From assembly GCA_963575745.1 (NCBI GenBank), contig CAUYUJ010000126.1:124001-188000 (forward strand): 64,000 nt of DNA, in the 5' to 3' direction. The translations under genes and the position numbers were made by a program. Shown here piece by piece: positions 29,312-41,224 of this stretch; the first letter of the stretch is position 1; the number at the start of each line of letters is the position of its first letter. Under the pieces are notes generated by a model, which worked only from the letters and a program-made list of their open reading frames with translations, was not told where the DNA came from and searched no databases. This DNA is from Prorocentrum cordatum. Its lineage: Eukaryota.

Positions 29312-31120
29312 TTGCGCGGTGGCATGAACGAAGGATCAACAGGTTCGGCATCTGCGTCGTCTGCCTCAGCAGCTGTTTCGGGGCCGGACGCGGCTGTGGA
29401 GCTTTTTTCCCGGAAAGGGCATCGGCCCAGGGTTCTCTTTTAGTAGGTAAACCTGTCCCCCGGTGCCAACTTGAGGGAGGCCGGCGAATTTTTTCCCTGA
29501 TAAATAACGAGGTCGAAGGAGGCCGGCGAATTAAAATTTGAGGATGTCTCGAGCGAAACGCTTGTTTTTGAAATCCCGATCGATAAATCACAGGGTGCGG
29601 GCCACTTTTTCGTGTGTTGAGGATGTCTCGAGCGAAACGCTTGCTCCGCAGAGTTTGCCGAGGATGTCTCGAGCGAAACGCTTGTTTTGCAGAGCCGACC
29701 GCGACGCGGAAAAGCGCCCCGCGCGAAGGAATTTCGATGATGTCTCGACTAATTCCTTTGTTTTTGTACGATTTCCTGGAATTTTGGCAGGATGTCTCGA
29801 GCGAAATGCACGACCCCACCCTAGCACGACCATACCCCAGCACGACCACACCCCAGCACGACCAGACCCCAGCACGACCCCACCCCAGCACGACCCCACC
29901 CCAGCACGACCATACCCCAGCACGACCACACCCCAGCACGACCCGACCCCAGCACGACCCTACCCCAGCAAGACCACACCCCAGCACGACCACACCCCAG
30001 CACGACCACACCACAGCACGACCACACCCCAGCACGACCACCACCCAGCACGACCACGCCCCAGCACGACCACCACGCCCCAGCACGACCACACCCCAGC
30101 ACGACCACACCCCAGCACGACCACACCCCAGCACGACCACACCCCAGCACGCACGAGCACGACCCACCCCAGCACGACCACACCCCAGCACGACCACACC
30201 CCAGCACGACCCCACCCAGCACGACCCCACCCCAGCACGACCCCACCCTAGCAAGACCACACCCCAGCACGACCACACCCCAGCACGACCTCACCACAGC
30301 ACGACCACACCCCAGCACGACCACGCCCCAGCACGACCACGCCCCAGCACGACCACGCCCCAGCACAACCACCCCCCAGCACGACCACCCCCCCAGCACG
30401 ACCACACCCCAGCACGACCACCCCCCAGCACGACCACACCCCAGCACGACCACTCCCCAGCACGACCACACCGCCTTGGTTGAGTGGTTGCCTGTCGTCG
30501 TGGAATGTTTCGTGGGGTGTCTCGTGGAATGTTTCGCGGGGTGTCTCCTGGAATGTTTCGTGAGGTGTCTCGCGGAATGTTTCGTGAGGTGTCTCGTGGG
30601 ATGTTTCGTGAGGTGTCTCGTGGGATGTTTCGTGAGGTGTTGCCCCGTTGGGTATCGTGAAAACGTGCCCATGCTCCACATGTCTATATCCCTTTCCGGG
30701 TTCGTGGGTCCATCATGTTTGAATTCGGAATGTTTTTGGCAGCTTCGAGGCAAGTCGGCATCTGAAAGAGCGCGCGATCTCCAAATTAGGCGTGGGTCTT
30801 TGGATTGTGACTATTGTTGTCAGCTCACCTTCACGGGGCGGCCAAAAAAACAAAGTCACACTGGAATGGAGGGTTGCATCGAGCACAAGAAAATCACCGT
30901 GAGAGACCTCCAGTCCATCGGGAGAACAAGTGGTGGGGGAGAGTACGGCGCTACAGAAACCACGAGAGAAACGGACGCAAGCGTGATAGAGCTCATCGGA
31001 ATGGGCATGGACGTGGCGTCGATCGATGACGCCATCGCGCGTTTAACAGCCATTCGGATTCGCAAACTCGAATCCAATAGCCTTCGGCTCATCCGGAAGG
31101 GTGCCGGGGACGTGGCCTAG
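29312..31120 (+). pseudogene. Unknown protein-coding sequence split by element copy A (LRGG-MNEGSTGS...AVEL // LNSECFWQLRGK...KGAGDVA*)
   Basis: Removing 29407-30717 joins the two flanks in one open frame with non-repetitive, protein-like sequence. No family is recognised. Confidence 0.5.
29407..30717 (+). mobile_element. Non-autonomous Helitron2/Helentron-like element, family 1, copy A
   Basis: 5' TTCCCGGAAAGGG with hairpin GGGC-N4-GCCC. 3' CCCTTTCCGGG lies 17 nt before the terminal ...CATCATG. Both flanks are T runs. The interior has GGATGTCTCGAGCGAAA boxes, a 16-bp CCCCAGCACGACCACA minisatellite and a 24-bp repeat. Confidence 0.85.
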
Positions 31121-31583
31121 GTGTTTCAGGGTGTCTTTCCAGGAGACCGTTGAGACGTTCCCCAAACAGTGCTTCATCTCGGGCTGGACGTTGCCTTGTC
31201 GCTGCGTTGCCGCCCGTCGCCGCCTCGTCGCGTTTCGTCGCCGCCCGTCGGTGCCGCGCCGTTGCACCCTCTTCTCGGTGCATTTGTATTGGTCCAGTTG
31301 AGTCGGTCTAATCGACTCGTTCCCATGTACACGATAGTAATATCAGCGAATGTAATGCATAGATTGCACCGCTTAAGACACAGACCGCAGACCGCACAGA
31401 TACCGCCACCCAACTGACATCACATAGAGAGCGCGGCGTAGCTTGCATCACATAGAACGCGTATGTTTGCTTGCTTGGGTCTCAGTCCACTCAGTGGTTG
31501 GGTTCTGCAGGGTTTTCTTGGGAGTTCTGCTTTTTTCAATATATAAAAAGTGGGAAATGCTATCGAATTTGAAAAATTATTTG

Positions 31584-34500
31584 TTCCCGGAAAGGGCTTT
31601 GGCCCAGGGTTCTCTTTTAGTTGGTAAACCTAATCCCCCGGTGCCTGCTTGAAGGAGGCCGGCGAATTGCCGGCGAATTTTTCCCGGAAAGGGCATCGGC
31701 CCAGGGTTCTCTTTTAGTAGGTAAACCTGTCCCCCGGTGCCTGCTTGAGGGAGGCCGGCGAATTTTTTCCCTGATAAATAACGAGGTCGAAGGAGGCCGG
31801 CGAATTAAAATTTGAGGATGTCTCGAGCGAAACGCTTGTTTTTGAAATCCCGATCGATAAATCACAGGGTGCGGGCCACTTTTTCGTGTGTTGAGGATGT
31901 CTCGAGCGAAACGCTTGCTCCGCAGAGTTTGCCGAGGATGTCTCGAGCGAAACGCTTGTTTTGCAGAGCCGACCGCGACGCGGAAAAGCGCCCCGCGCGA
32001 AGGAATTTCGATGATGTCTCGACTAATTCCTTTGTTTTTGTACGATTTCCTGGAATTTTGGCAGGATGTCTCGAGCGAAATGCACGACCCCACCCTAGCA
32101 CGACCATACCCCAGCACGACCACACCCCAGCACGACCAGACCCCAGCACGACCCCACCCCAGCACGACCCCACCCCAGCACGACCATACCCCAGCACGAC
32201 CACACCCCAGCACGACCCGACCCCAGCACGACCCTACCCCAGCAGACCACACCCCAGCACGACCACACCCCACCACGACCCCAGCACGACCACACCCCAG
32301 CACGACCTCACCACAGCACGACCACACACCCCAGCACGACCACGCCCCAGCACGACCACGCCCCAGCACGACCACCCCCCCAGCACGACCACCCCCCAGC
32401 ACGACCACCCCCCCAGCACGACCACCCCAGCACGACCACACCCCAGCACGACCACACCCCAGCACGACCACACCCCAGCACGACCCGATCGATAAATCAC
32501 AGGGTGCGGAGCACCCCAGCACGAACCCACCCCAGCACGACCCCACCCCAGCACGACCCCACCCCAGCACGACCACGCCCCAGCATGACCACACCCCAGC
32601 ACGACCACACCCCAGCACGACCACTCCCCAGCACGACCCCACCCCAGCACGACCCCACCCTAGCACGACCACACCCCAGCACGACCACACCCCAGCACGA
32701 CCCCACCCCAGCACGATCACACCCCAGCACGACCCCACCCCAGCAAGACCACACCCCAGCACGACCGCACCCCAGCACGACCTTACCACAGCACGACCAC
32801 ACCCCAGCACGACCACGCCCCAGCACGACCACGCCCCAGCACGACCACGCCCCAGCACGACCACGCCCCAGCACGACCACCCCCCAGCACGACCACCCCC
32901 CCAGCACACCCCCCCAGCACGACCACCCCCCAGCACGACCACCCCCCAGCACGACCACACCCCAGCACGACCACTCCCCAGCACGACCACACCGCCTTGG
33001 TTGAGTGGTTGCCTGTCGTCGTGGAATGTTTCGTGGGGTGTCTCGTGGAATGTTTCGCGGGGTGTCTCGTGAAATGTTTCGTGAGGTGTCTCGTGGAATG
33101 TTTCGTGAGGTGTCTCGTGGGCTGTTTCGTGAGGTGTCTCGTGGGATGTTTCGTGAGGTGTTGCCCAGTTGGGTATCATGAAAACGTGTCCATGCTCCAC
33201 ATGTCTATATCCCTTTCCGGGTTCGTGGGTCCATCATGTTTCCCTGATAAATAACGAGGTCGAAGGAGGCCGGCGAATTAAAATTTGAGGATGTCTCGAG
33301 CGAAACGCTTGTTTTTGAAATCCCGATCGATAAATCACAGGGTGCGGGCCACTTTTTCGTGTGTTGAGGATGTCTCGAGCGAAACGCTTGCTCCGCAGAG
33401 TTTGCCGAGGATGTCTCGAGCGAAACGCTTGTTTTGCAGAGCCGACCGCGACGCGGAAAAGCGCCCCGCGCGAAGGAATTTCGATGATGTCTCGACTAAT
33501 TCGTTTGTTTTTGTACGATTTCCTGGAATTTTGGCAGGATGTCTCGAGCGAAATGCACGACCCCACCCTAGCACGACCATACCCCAGCACGACCACACCC
33601 CAGCACGACCAGACCCCAGCACGACCCCACCCCAGCACGACCCCACCCCAGCACGACCATACCCCAGCACGACCACACCCCAGCACGACCCGACCCCAGC
33701 ACGACCCTACCCCAGCAAGACCACACCCCAGCACGACCACACCCCAGCACGACCTCACCACAGCACGACCACACCCCAGCACGACCACGCCCCAGCACGA
33801 CCACGCCCCAGCACGACCACGCCCCAGCACGACCACGCCCCAGCACGACCACCCCCCAGCACGACCCCCCCCAGCACGACCACCCCAGCACGACCACCCC
33901 CCAGCACGACCACACCCCAGCACGACCATCACCCAGCACGACCACACCCCAGCACGACCTCCCCAGCACGACCCGACGATAAAGCAGGGTGCGGAGCACC
34001 CCACCGAACCCACCCCAGCATGACCACACCCCAGCACGACCACGCCCAGCACGACCACGCCCCAGCACGACCACACCCCAGCACGACCACCCCCAGCACG
34101 ACCACACCCCAGCACGACCACACCCCAGCACGACCACACCCCAGCACGACCACACCCCAGCACGACCCGACCCCAGCACGACCCTACCCCAGCAAGACCA
34201 CACCCCAGCACGACCACACCCCAGCACGACCTCACCACAGCACGACCACGCCCCAGCACGACCACGCCCCAGCACGACCACGCCCCAGCACGACCACGCC
34301 CCAGCACGACCACCCCCCAGCACGACCACCCCCCCAGCACGACCACCCCCCAGCACGACCACCCCCCAGCACGACCACACCCCAGCACGACCACTCCCCA
34401 GCACGACCACACCGCCTTGGTTGAGTGGTTGCCTGTCGTCGTGGAATGTTTCGTGGGGTGTCTCGTGGAATGTTTCGCGGGGTGTCTCGTGAAATGTTTC

Positions 34501-34658
34501 GTGAGGTGTCTCGTGGAATGTTTCGTGAGGTGTCTCGTGGGCTGTTTCGTGAGGTGTCTCGTGGGATGTTTCGTGAGGTGTTGCCCAGTTGGGTATCATG
34601 AAAACGTGTCCATGCTCCACATGTCTATATCCCTTTCCGGGTTCGTGGGTCCATCATG
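31584..34658 (+). mobile_element. Family 1 copy B (outer element, interrupted by copy C)
   Basis: 5' end at 31584. The body resumes at 33239 (TTTCCCTGATAAATAACGAGG) and ends CATCATG at 34658. Confidence 0.82.
31681..33238 (+). mobile_element. Family 1 copy C, nested in the internal T6 run of copy B
   Basis: Both ends are complete. The flanks reconstruct GAATTTTTTCCCTGATAAA as seen in the uninterrupted copies. Confidence 0.85.
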
Positions 34659-34889
34659 TTTTTTTATGTTTTCGGGGTTCTTTTTGGGGTGTTCTGTGGT
34701 TCTCAGTCCATTCAGCGGTTGGGTTCTGCAGGGCTTTCTTGGTGGTTTACCTTCTTCAGTGTATAGAAATTGGGAAATGCTGTCGAATTGGACAATTTTG
34801 GTTCTGGGGTGTTTTTGTATGTTTTTGGGTGTTTCTGGGGGTTTCCTGTGGTTCTCAGTCCACTCACTGGCTGGGTTCAGCAGGGTTTT

Positions 34890-35952
34890 TTCCCGGAAAG
34901 GGCGGGGGCCCAGGGTTCTCTTTTAGTTGGTAAACCTAATCCCCGGTGCCAACTTGAAGGAGGCCGGCGAATTTTTTCCCTGATAAATATCGAGGTCGAA
35001 GGAGGCCGGCGAATTAAAATTTGAGGATGTCTCGAGCGAAACGTTTGTTTTTCAGAATTTGTTGAGGATGTCTCGAGCGAAACGCTGGTTTTGCAGAGTT
35101 GGGGATGTCTCGAGCGAAACGCTTGTTTCAGAATTTGCCGAGGATGTCTCGAGCGAAACGCTGTGTTTTGCAGAGCCGACCGCGACGCGGAAAAGCGCCC
35201 CGCGCGAAGGAATTTCGATGATGTCTCGACTAATTCGTTTGTTTTTGTACGATTTCCTGGAATTTTGGCAGGATGTCTCGAGCGAAATGCACGACCCCAC
35301 CCTAGCACGACCATACCCCAGCACGACCACACCCCAGCACGACCAGACCCCAGCACGACCCCACCCCAGCACGACCCCACCCCAGCACGACCATACCCCA
35401 GCACGACCACACCCCAGCACGACCCGACCCCAGCACGACCCTACCCCAGCAAGACCACACCCCAGCACGACCACACCCCAGCACGACCACACCACAGCAC
35501 GACCACACCCCAGCACGACCACGCCCCAGCACGACCACGCCCCAGCACGACCACGCCCCAGCACGACCACCCCCCAGCACGACCACCCCCCAGCACGACC
35601 ACCCCCCAGCACGACCACCCCCAGCACGACCACACCCCAGCACGACCACACCACACCCCCAGCACGACCACACCCCAGCACGACCACACCCAGTCGCACC
35701 CCCGTGGAATGTTTCGTGGCGTGTCTGGTTGAGTGGTTGCCTGTTCGTGGGGTGTCTCGTGGAATGTTTCACGGGGTGTCTCGTGGAATGTTTCGTGAGG
35801 TGTCTCGTGGAATGTTTCGTGAGGTGTCTCGTGGGATGTTTCGCGGGGTGTCTCGTGGGATGTTTCGTGAGATGTCGCCCAGTTGGGTATCGTGAAAACG
35901 TGACCATGCTGCACATGTCTTTATCCCTTTCCGGGTTCGTGGGTCCATCATG
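34890..35952 (+). mobile_element. Family 1 copy D
   Basis: Same termini, with extra GAGGATGTCTCGAGCGAAACG boxes. It is inserted in a local repeat whose empty versions lie at ~31507 and ~34728. Confidence 0.85.
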
Positions 35953-36516
35953 TTTGGGGGCCCTCCTTGTGCAGTGTATAACATAGGAGGAATTGTTGTC
36001 GAATTATCAGCACAGCGTAGCTGGCACCACCTGTGTTGCAATACATATATTGCAGCATATAGCTTACACCACATGTACAAAAACAACGTGGCGTACAACA
36101 CATACGTTGCACCACATATGTTGCACAGCGCAGATCGAATCGGTCCAATCGAATCGGTCCAATCGAATCAGACCAATTCAATCGGTCGCAGTTCCATCGA
36201 TGTCAATGCCTAGATGACACCGCATACCTTGCACCACAGAGCGTGCACCACATAGATGGCACCGCACAGCGTGCATCACATAGTTTGCGCCACATAAATT
36301 GCGCCACATAGCTTGTACCATGTAGATTGCACCGCATAGATGGCACCACAACAGTTGCACCACGTGGATTGTACGTCGTTGTTTGCGCGTCCTCAATTGC
36401 ACCACGTAGTTTGTATCACATAAACTGCTTCGCATACATTGCACCACGTGGGATGCACCGCCGTATAGGATGCAAGAACCTGCAGTATTGTTTGAGGTCC
36501 ACGGTGGCCAGCATTT

Positions 36517-39500
36517 GTGCGAATACATCAATTGGCTTTGAGATGTTTCAAGCAGGCGCATGAAGAAATCGACAACACAGGAAGAATGCACCTGGCTGTG
36601 TATCAGCACGGCGGCGGATTTCAATTTCCTCTTCGCGAGAAGGAGAGTCCAAACTTGGGCGGACGGGGTTTTAGTCGGGACGTGGACACGCCGTTGGCAG
36701 CGGAGGCAGACGCGGCGTCCATGTACAAGAATTTTGTTCCGCGGTCCCGCATGGCCAACCCCATCGGCTTGTTATCCGTGCGCATTGGGCAGCCCTCTTG
36801 GTGGTGCGTTGACAATTTCCGCGTGCGCGTGGCGTCCATGGTGGAGTGGTTCAACAGACGCGAACGGCTAGCAGCGCCGGACCTCGATCATAAGCAGCGC
36901 GCAGTTTTGTCGAAAGATATGGGCCTGGTTGCGCGCGTGAATCGCCGTTGCCGAGATGACACCCCTTCATCCCAATTTGCTTTCGATCATTACCGGGTAC
37001 ACATCGACGCAGGGGGCAACTTGCTTGAGCAGCTACTCGACCTCATGGTGAACGTGTTCGTGGTTAGAAATTCGTTGTCCCATAGTGTGCGCGAAGATCT
37101 CAAGGGCTATGCGTTCCCTTGGCTTCGTGCTTCGTTGCTCGGCGGGGCCCTGTCAAATGTGGACGAGCTGTATGTGTATTATGCGAGGACGAAAGGAGAT
37201 TTTTCCCGGAAAGGGCTCGAGCCCAGGGTTCTCTTTTAGTTGGTAAACCTAATCCCCCGGTGCCAACTTGAAGGAGGCCGGCGAATTTTTTCCCTGATAA
37301 ATATCGAGGTCGAAGGAGGCCGGCGAATTAAAATTTGAGGATGTCTCGAGCGAAACGCTTGTTTTTGAAATCCCGATCGATAAATCACAGGGTGCGGGCC
37401 ACTTTTTCGTGTGTTGAGGATGTCTCGAGCGAAACGCTTGCTCCGCAGAGTTTGCCGAGGATGTCTCGAGCGAAACGCTTGTTTTGCAGAGCCGACCGCG
37501 ACGCGGAAAAGCGCCCCGCGCGAAGGAATTTCGATGATGTCTCGACTAATTCGTTTGTTTTTGTACGATTTCCTGGAATTTTGGCAGGATGTCTCGAGCG
37601 AAATGCACGACCCCACCCTAGCACGACCATACCCCAGCACGACCACACCCCAGCACGACCAGACCCCAGCACGACCCCACCCCAGCACGAGCCCCACCCC
37701 AGCACGACCATACCCCAGCACGACCACACCCCAGCACGACCCGACCCCAGCACGACCCTACCCCAGCAAGACCACACCCCAGCACGACCACACCCCAGCA
37801 CGACCTCACCACAGCACGACCACACCCCAGCACGACCACGCCCCAGCACGACCACGCCCCAGCACGACCACGCCCCAGCACGACCACCCCCCAGCACGAC
37901 CACCCCCCAGCACGACCACCCCCCAGCACGACCACCCCCCAGCACGACCACACCCCAGCACGACCACTCCCCAGCACGACCACACCCCAGCACGACCACA
38001 CCCCAGCACGACCACACCCAGTCGCACCCCCGTGGAATGTTTCGTGGGTGTCTGGTTGAGTGGTTGCCCGTGTTTCGTGGGGGTGTCTCGTGGAATGTTT
38101 CGTGAGGTGTCTCGTGGAATGTTTCGTGAGGTGTCTCGTGGGATGTTTCGCGGGGTGTCTCGTGGGATGTTTCGTGAGATGTCGCCCAGTTGGGTATCGT
38201 GAAAACGTGACCATGCTGCACATGTCTTTATCCCTTTCCGGGTTCGTGGGTCCATCATGTTTCGGCACGTTCGTGAATCCAATGCGAACGAGGAAAGAGT
38301 TGAAACTCGAGGGGTTCCACATCTTCATTGCAGAGCTGGAACATTTCGCTTCCAGGGTATCTAGGTGCCTTCGGCCGACCCCGCCACCGCGCTCGGGTTC
38401 CGAGTCAGAGAGCCTTTGAGTGTCAGTGGGGATCTCGCGCTATGTCCCTGGAAGGCTCGCTTGTGGTTTTCTTGGAGCCTCTCGTGGGCCTGTTGGGGCT
38501 TCTGGGGACTTGTTTGGGGTTTTCGCGGAGCCTCCTGGGCTTGCAGGAGGCCTGTCGTGGGTCCAGGGAGGCCCCCTGAGGTTCCTTGCGGTGTGTTGGC
38601 AGCGGTTTGCGGCCGACTGCCCGGCAATTCCGTTTGAATGCCCCGCATGGGGCACCCGATGGAGTTGTTTTCGGGGCCTTCTCTGGCCGTTTTGGTTCAT
38701 GTTTGGGGTTCGTTGGCGCTCTCGCGGGCCGCTTTGGGGCCGCGTCGGAGGCTTCTGGGGCCGCCAGGGGCCGAATGCGCTGTTTTGGGGTGTAGGGGGG
38801 CTGAAAGCGCGATGCATTGGAAACAAAACTTTCATAAACAAAAAAGACAAGCTATGATTGTTCCCCCTTAGGGGCCTCTTGGGAAGTCGTGGAAGCCAGC
38901 TGGGGCGTCTTGGAGGCCTGCAAGGTCGTCTGAAGGCCATGTTGAACGTCTCAGAGCGATATGTGGGCTTCGGCGGTCTTGGAGGCCCTCTGGGGCTCTC
39001 TTGTCTGTGCCTGTGTTTGGCTACCACGCTCTGGGAACTCCAGCAGGCGAGCGAGCAGCCGCAGGAACTTCGGCAGTTCGGGCTCTGGGCCCCGTGAAGA
39101 CTCCGCAGGAGTGAGGACTTGGGCCTCAGGGGATTGCGCAGAAGACCTGACGCCGCGCTCACTCCTTGCGTTGCGGCGCGGTGGCGGGTTAACGCTGCTG
39201 ACAGTTTTTGTGGATCGATGGGACTTGGGCGATTTTTTTGACGGGCTGCAGGGGGTGAAGGGCCTTGGCGGGACAGGCTTCCGAGCGAAAGAGCTGCTCT
39301 GCGATTTCGTGGCCGTGCTCCCCTCGCTCGAGCGTCAGATTGGTCGCGAGAATCTGGCGGGGATTCAGGTTGCCTTTGTCTCCATCAAGGTAATCGGCGT
39401 GGGCCCTTGTCGAACAGTGAATTTCTTATTCAACCGCCCTTTTTTTCTGAACGAGGAGAAGAGCCCTGACCAGAAACGCGACTTATACATGGAAGCCCTG

Positions 39501-39800
39501 GAGTACGTGGTCGATTACCTCAGGGAGGAACACAAAACAGAATATGCGGGCCGTTCTTTCCTCGATATATGCTATGAGCTGTGCGAATATAATAAGGAGC
39601 TGCTGTCCGCTTTCCTTGACCGAGGCCGCCCGTATAAGCCTACCAAGTACAAGAATGGTAGCGCACGCCACATGTCGTTGGCGGCGGCGACGGAGGAGGC
39701 TCGGAAGCTGATGGAGGGGCGCGCCACTAGACAGTCGTGGTTGACGTTGGCAGGGCAGGAGTGGTTCGAGCTCACGGAGTACGAGATGATGGGGGTGTAA
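36517..39800 (+). pseudogene. aGPT-pyrophosphorylase clade 1 / amino-acid:DNA-transferase-like gene (HhH-glycosylase fold), disrupted by element copy E, a probable intron (~38.36-39.1 kb) and a 5' frameshift
   Basis: Motifs occur in family order: WFNRRERL (36847), VNRRCRDD.PSSQF (36937), LMVNVFVVRN, GGTGFRAKELLCD (39267), IGVGPCRTVNFL (~39393), LDICYELCEYNK (39561). The assignment rests on motif recognition only; no search was run. Confidence 0.6.
37203..38259 (+). mobile_element. Family 1 copy E, inserted in coding sequence
   Basis: Same termini. Removal restores YYARTKGDFFGTFVNPMRTRK, which matches the paralogue YYERTNGFVRTLVDPMRTKK. Confidence 0.9.
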
Positions 39801-40271
39801 GTATGTAGTTGCGCCGTGCTCCCGAAAATGGAAAAAAGTGGGCGCCCTTGCCGTTGCGCCGGCAAGCGGGGATAGCCTCGAGAGGGCGCGGATTCGGGAT
39901 GGGGATTCGGGGAGGGGCTGGGAGGGAGGGAAACAGTAGTCAAGCTAGGTGCGCCCGCGCTACGTCTGACATCCGCCGCTTCCCTCCCATCCCTTCTTTT
40001 TGCGCGAACTATTTGTTTTCACCGAATCAAGCGGCGCAGCTGTCCTCCGCGCCTGGGAGTGGACCGGGGCAGGGGGAGGGGGAGGGGGAGGGGCTTGTGC
40101 GTTTAGACTCGCTCGCTGCTGGCGGGGGTGGTTCTTCGCCTGGTTCGTGAGCTGGCGGTGGAGTGCCCGGGGCGGAGGAGGCGGGCGCCCCCGGCTCGGC
40201 TGGTCCGCCCGCCTGTTCGGTTCGGCCAGAGGTGGAGGAGGAGGAGGAGGAGGAGGAGGAGGAGGATGTGA

Positions 40272-40980
40272 GAGTTGTGAGGATGTCTCAGGCGAAAGAG
40301 GCTTGACGGCCCGAGCTCAGGGAATCTCGGAATCGCTGGCCTGGCTCGGCCACTGGCGAGCTCGGCCTGTGCGAATACTGTGCGTACCTGTGCGGGGCAT
40401 GTGCGGGACGCGCAAGAATGCCGGGGCCGACGTTCGTCTCTGGGCGCCGGCGCATTCGCGTCCGCGCGCAAGCCGCGCGCGGACGCAGCGTTCGCTTCAT
40501 TGCGCGGCCCCGACAGACGGGGCGCCCCGCTCACGCTCCGCACAGGCGCGGCTAGTGTCTCGGCCTTTTCCGCCTGAGACCCTCGCAACTCTGGGTTCCG
40601 AGATGTCCTGAACAGGTGGTCAGGCCACTCGTGCCTGAGACATCCTCGCAACTCTGGGTTCCGAGACGCCCTGGGTTGAGGTGGTCAGACCACTCTCGCC
40701 AGAGACATCCTCGCAACTCTGACGTCAGAGATCTCTTGCCCCATGGAGGTCAGGCCACTTTCGCCTAAGACATCCTCGCAACTCAGACCTCGGAGGTGTC
40801 CTGCCCCATGGCCCATGGTGGTCTGGTCACCTTGACCAGCGACATCCTCGCCACTCTGGTTTCCAAGATGGCCTGCCCCATGGTGGTCCTGCCACGCTTG
40901 CCTGAGACATCCTCGCCACTCTGGGTTGCGAAATGCCCCGAGCTCAGGTGTTCAGGCCACTATCGCCTGCGACATCTCTG
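40272..40980. repeat. ~65-bp minisatellite with CGCCTGAGACATCCTCGCAACTCTG box (40555-40980) and one inverted unit at ~40272-40335
   Basis: About 7 direct units plus the reverse-complement unit GAGTTGTGAGGATGTCTCAGGCGAAA. Confidence 0.8.
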
Positions 40981-41224
40981 CGGCATGTGCGGGCATGTGC
41001 GTCTACATGTGCGTCTATGGTTTCAGAGGTTTGCTTGGCCGTGCATTCGACTGTGCGTCCGACGGTGTGGCATGTGCGCGCATGTGCGGCAATGCTGTTG
41101 AGGCTCTTGTATATGTGCATGGGCATGTGCATGCGACTGTGCGGCATGTGCCTGCATGTGCGGCCCCTTCCGGACCGCAATTGCAAAGTGAGCACTATAG
41201 AAGTGAACGCTATAGAAGTGAATC

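Noticed and set aside
29538..38328. 200-500 aa ORFs with PARPHPSTTTPQHDH / GVVVLGCGRA repeats
   Set aside because: They are products of the 16-bp minisatellite inside the non-autonomous elements.
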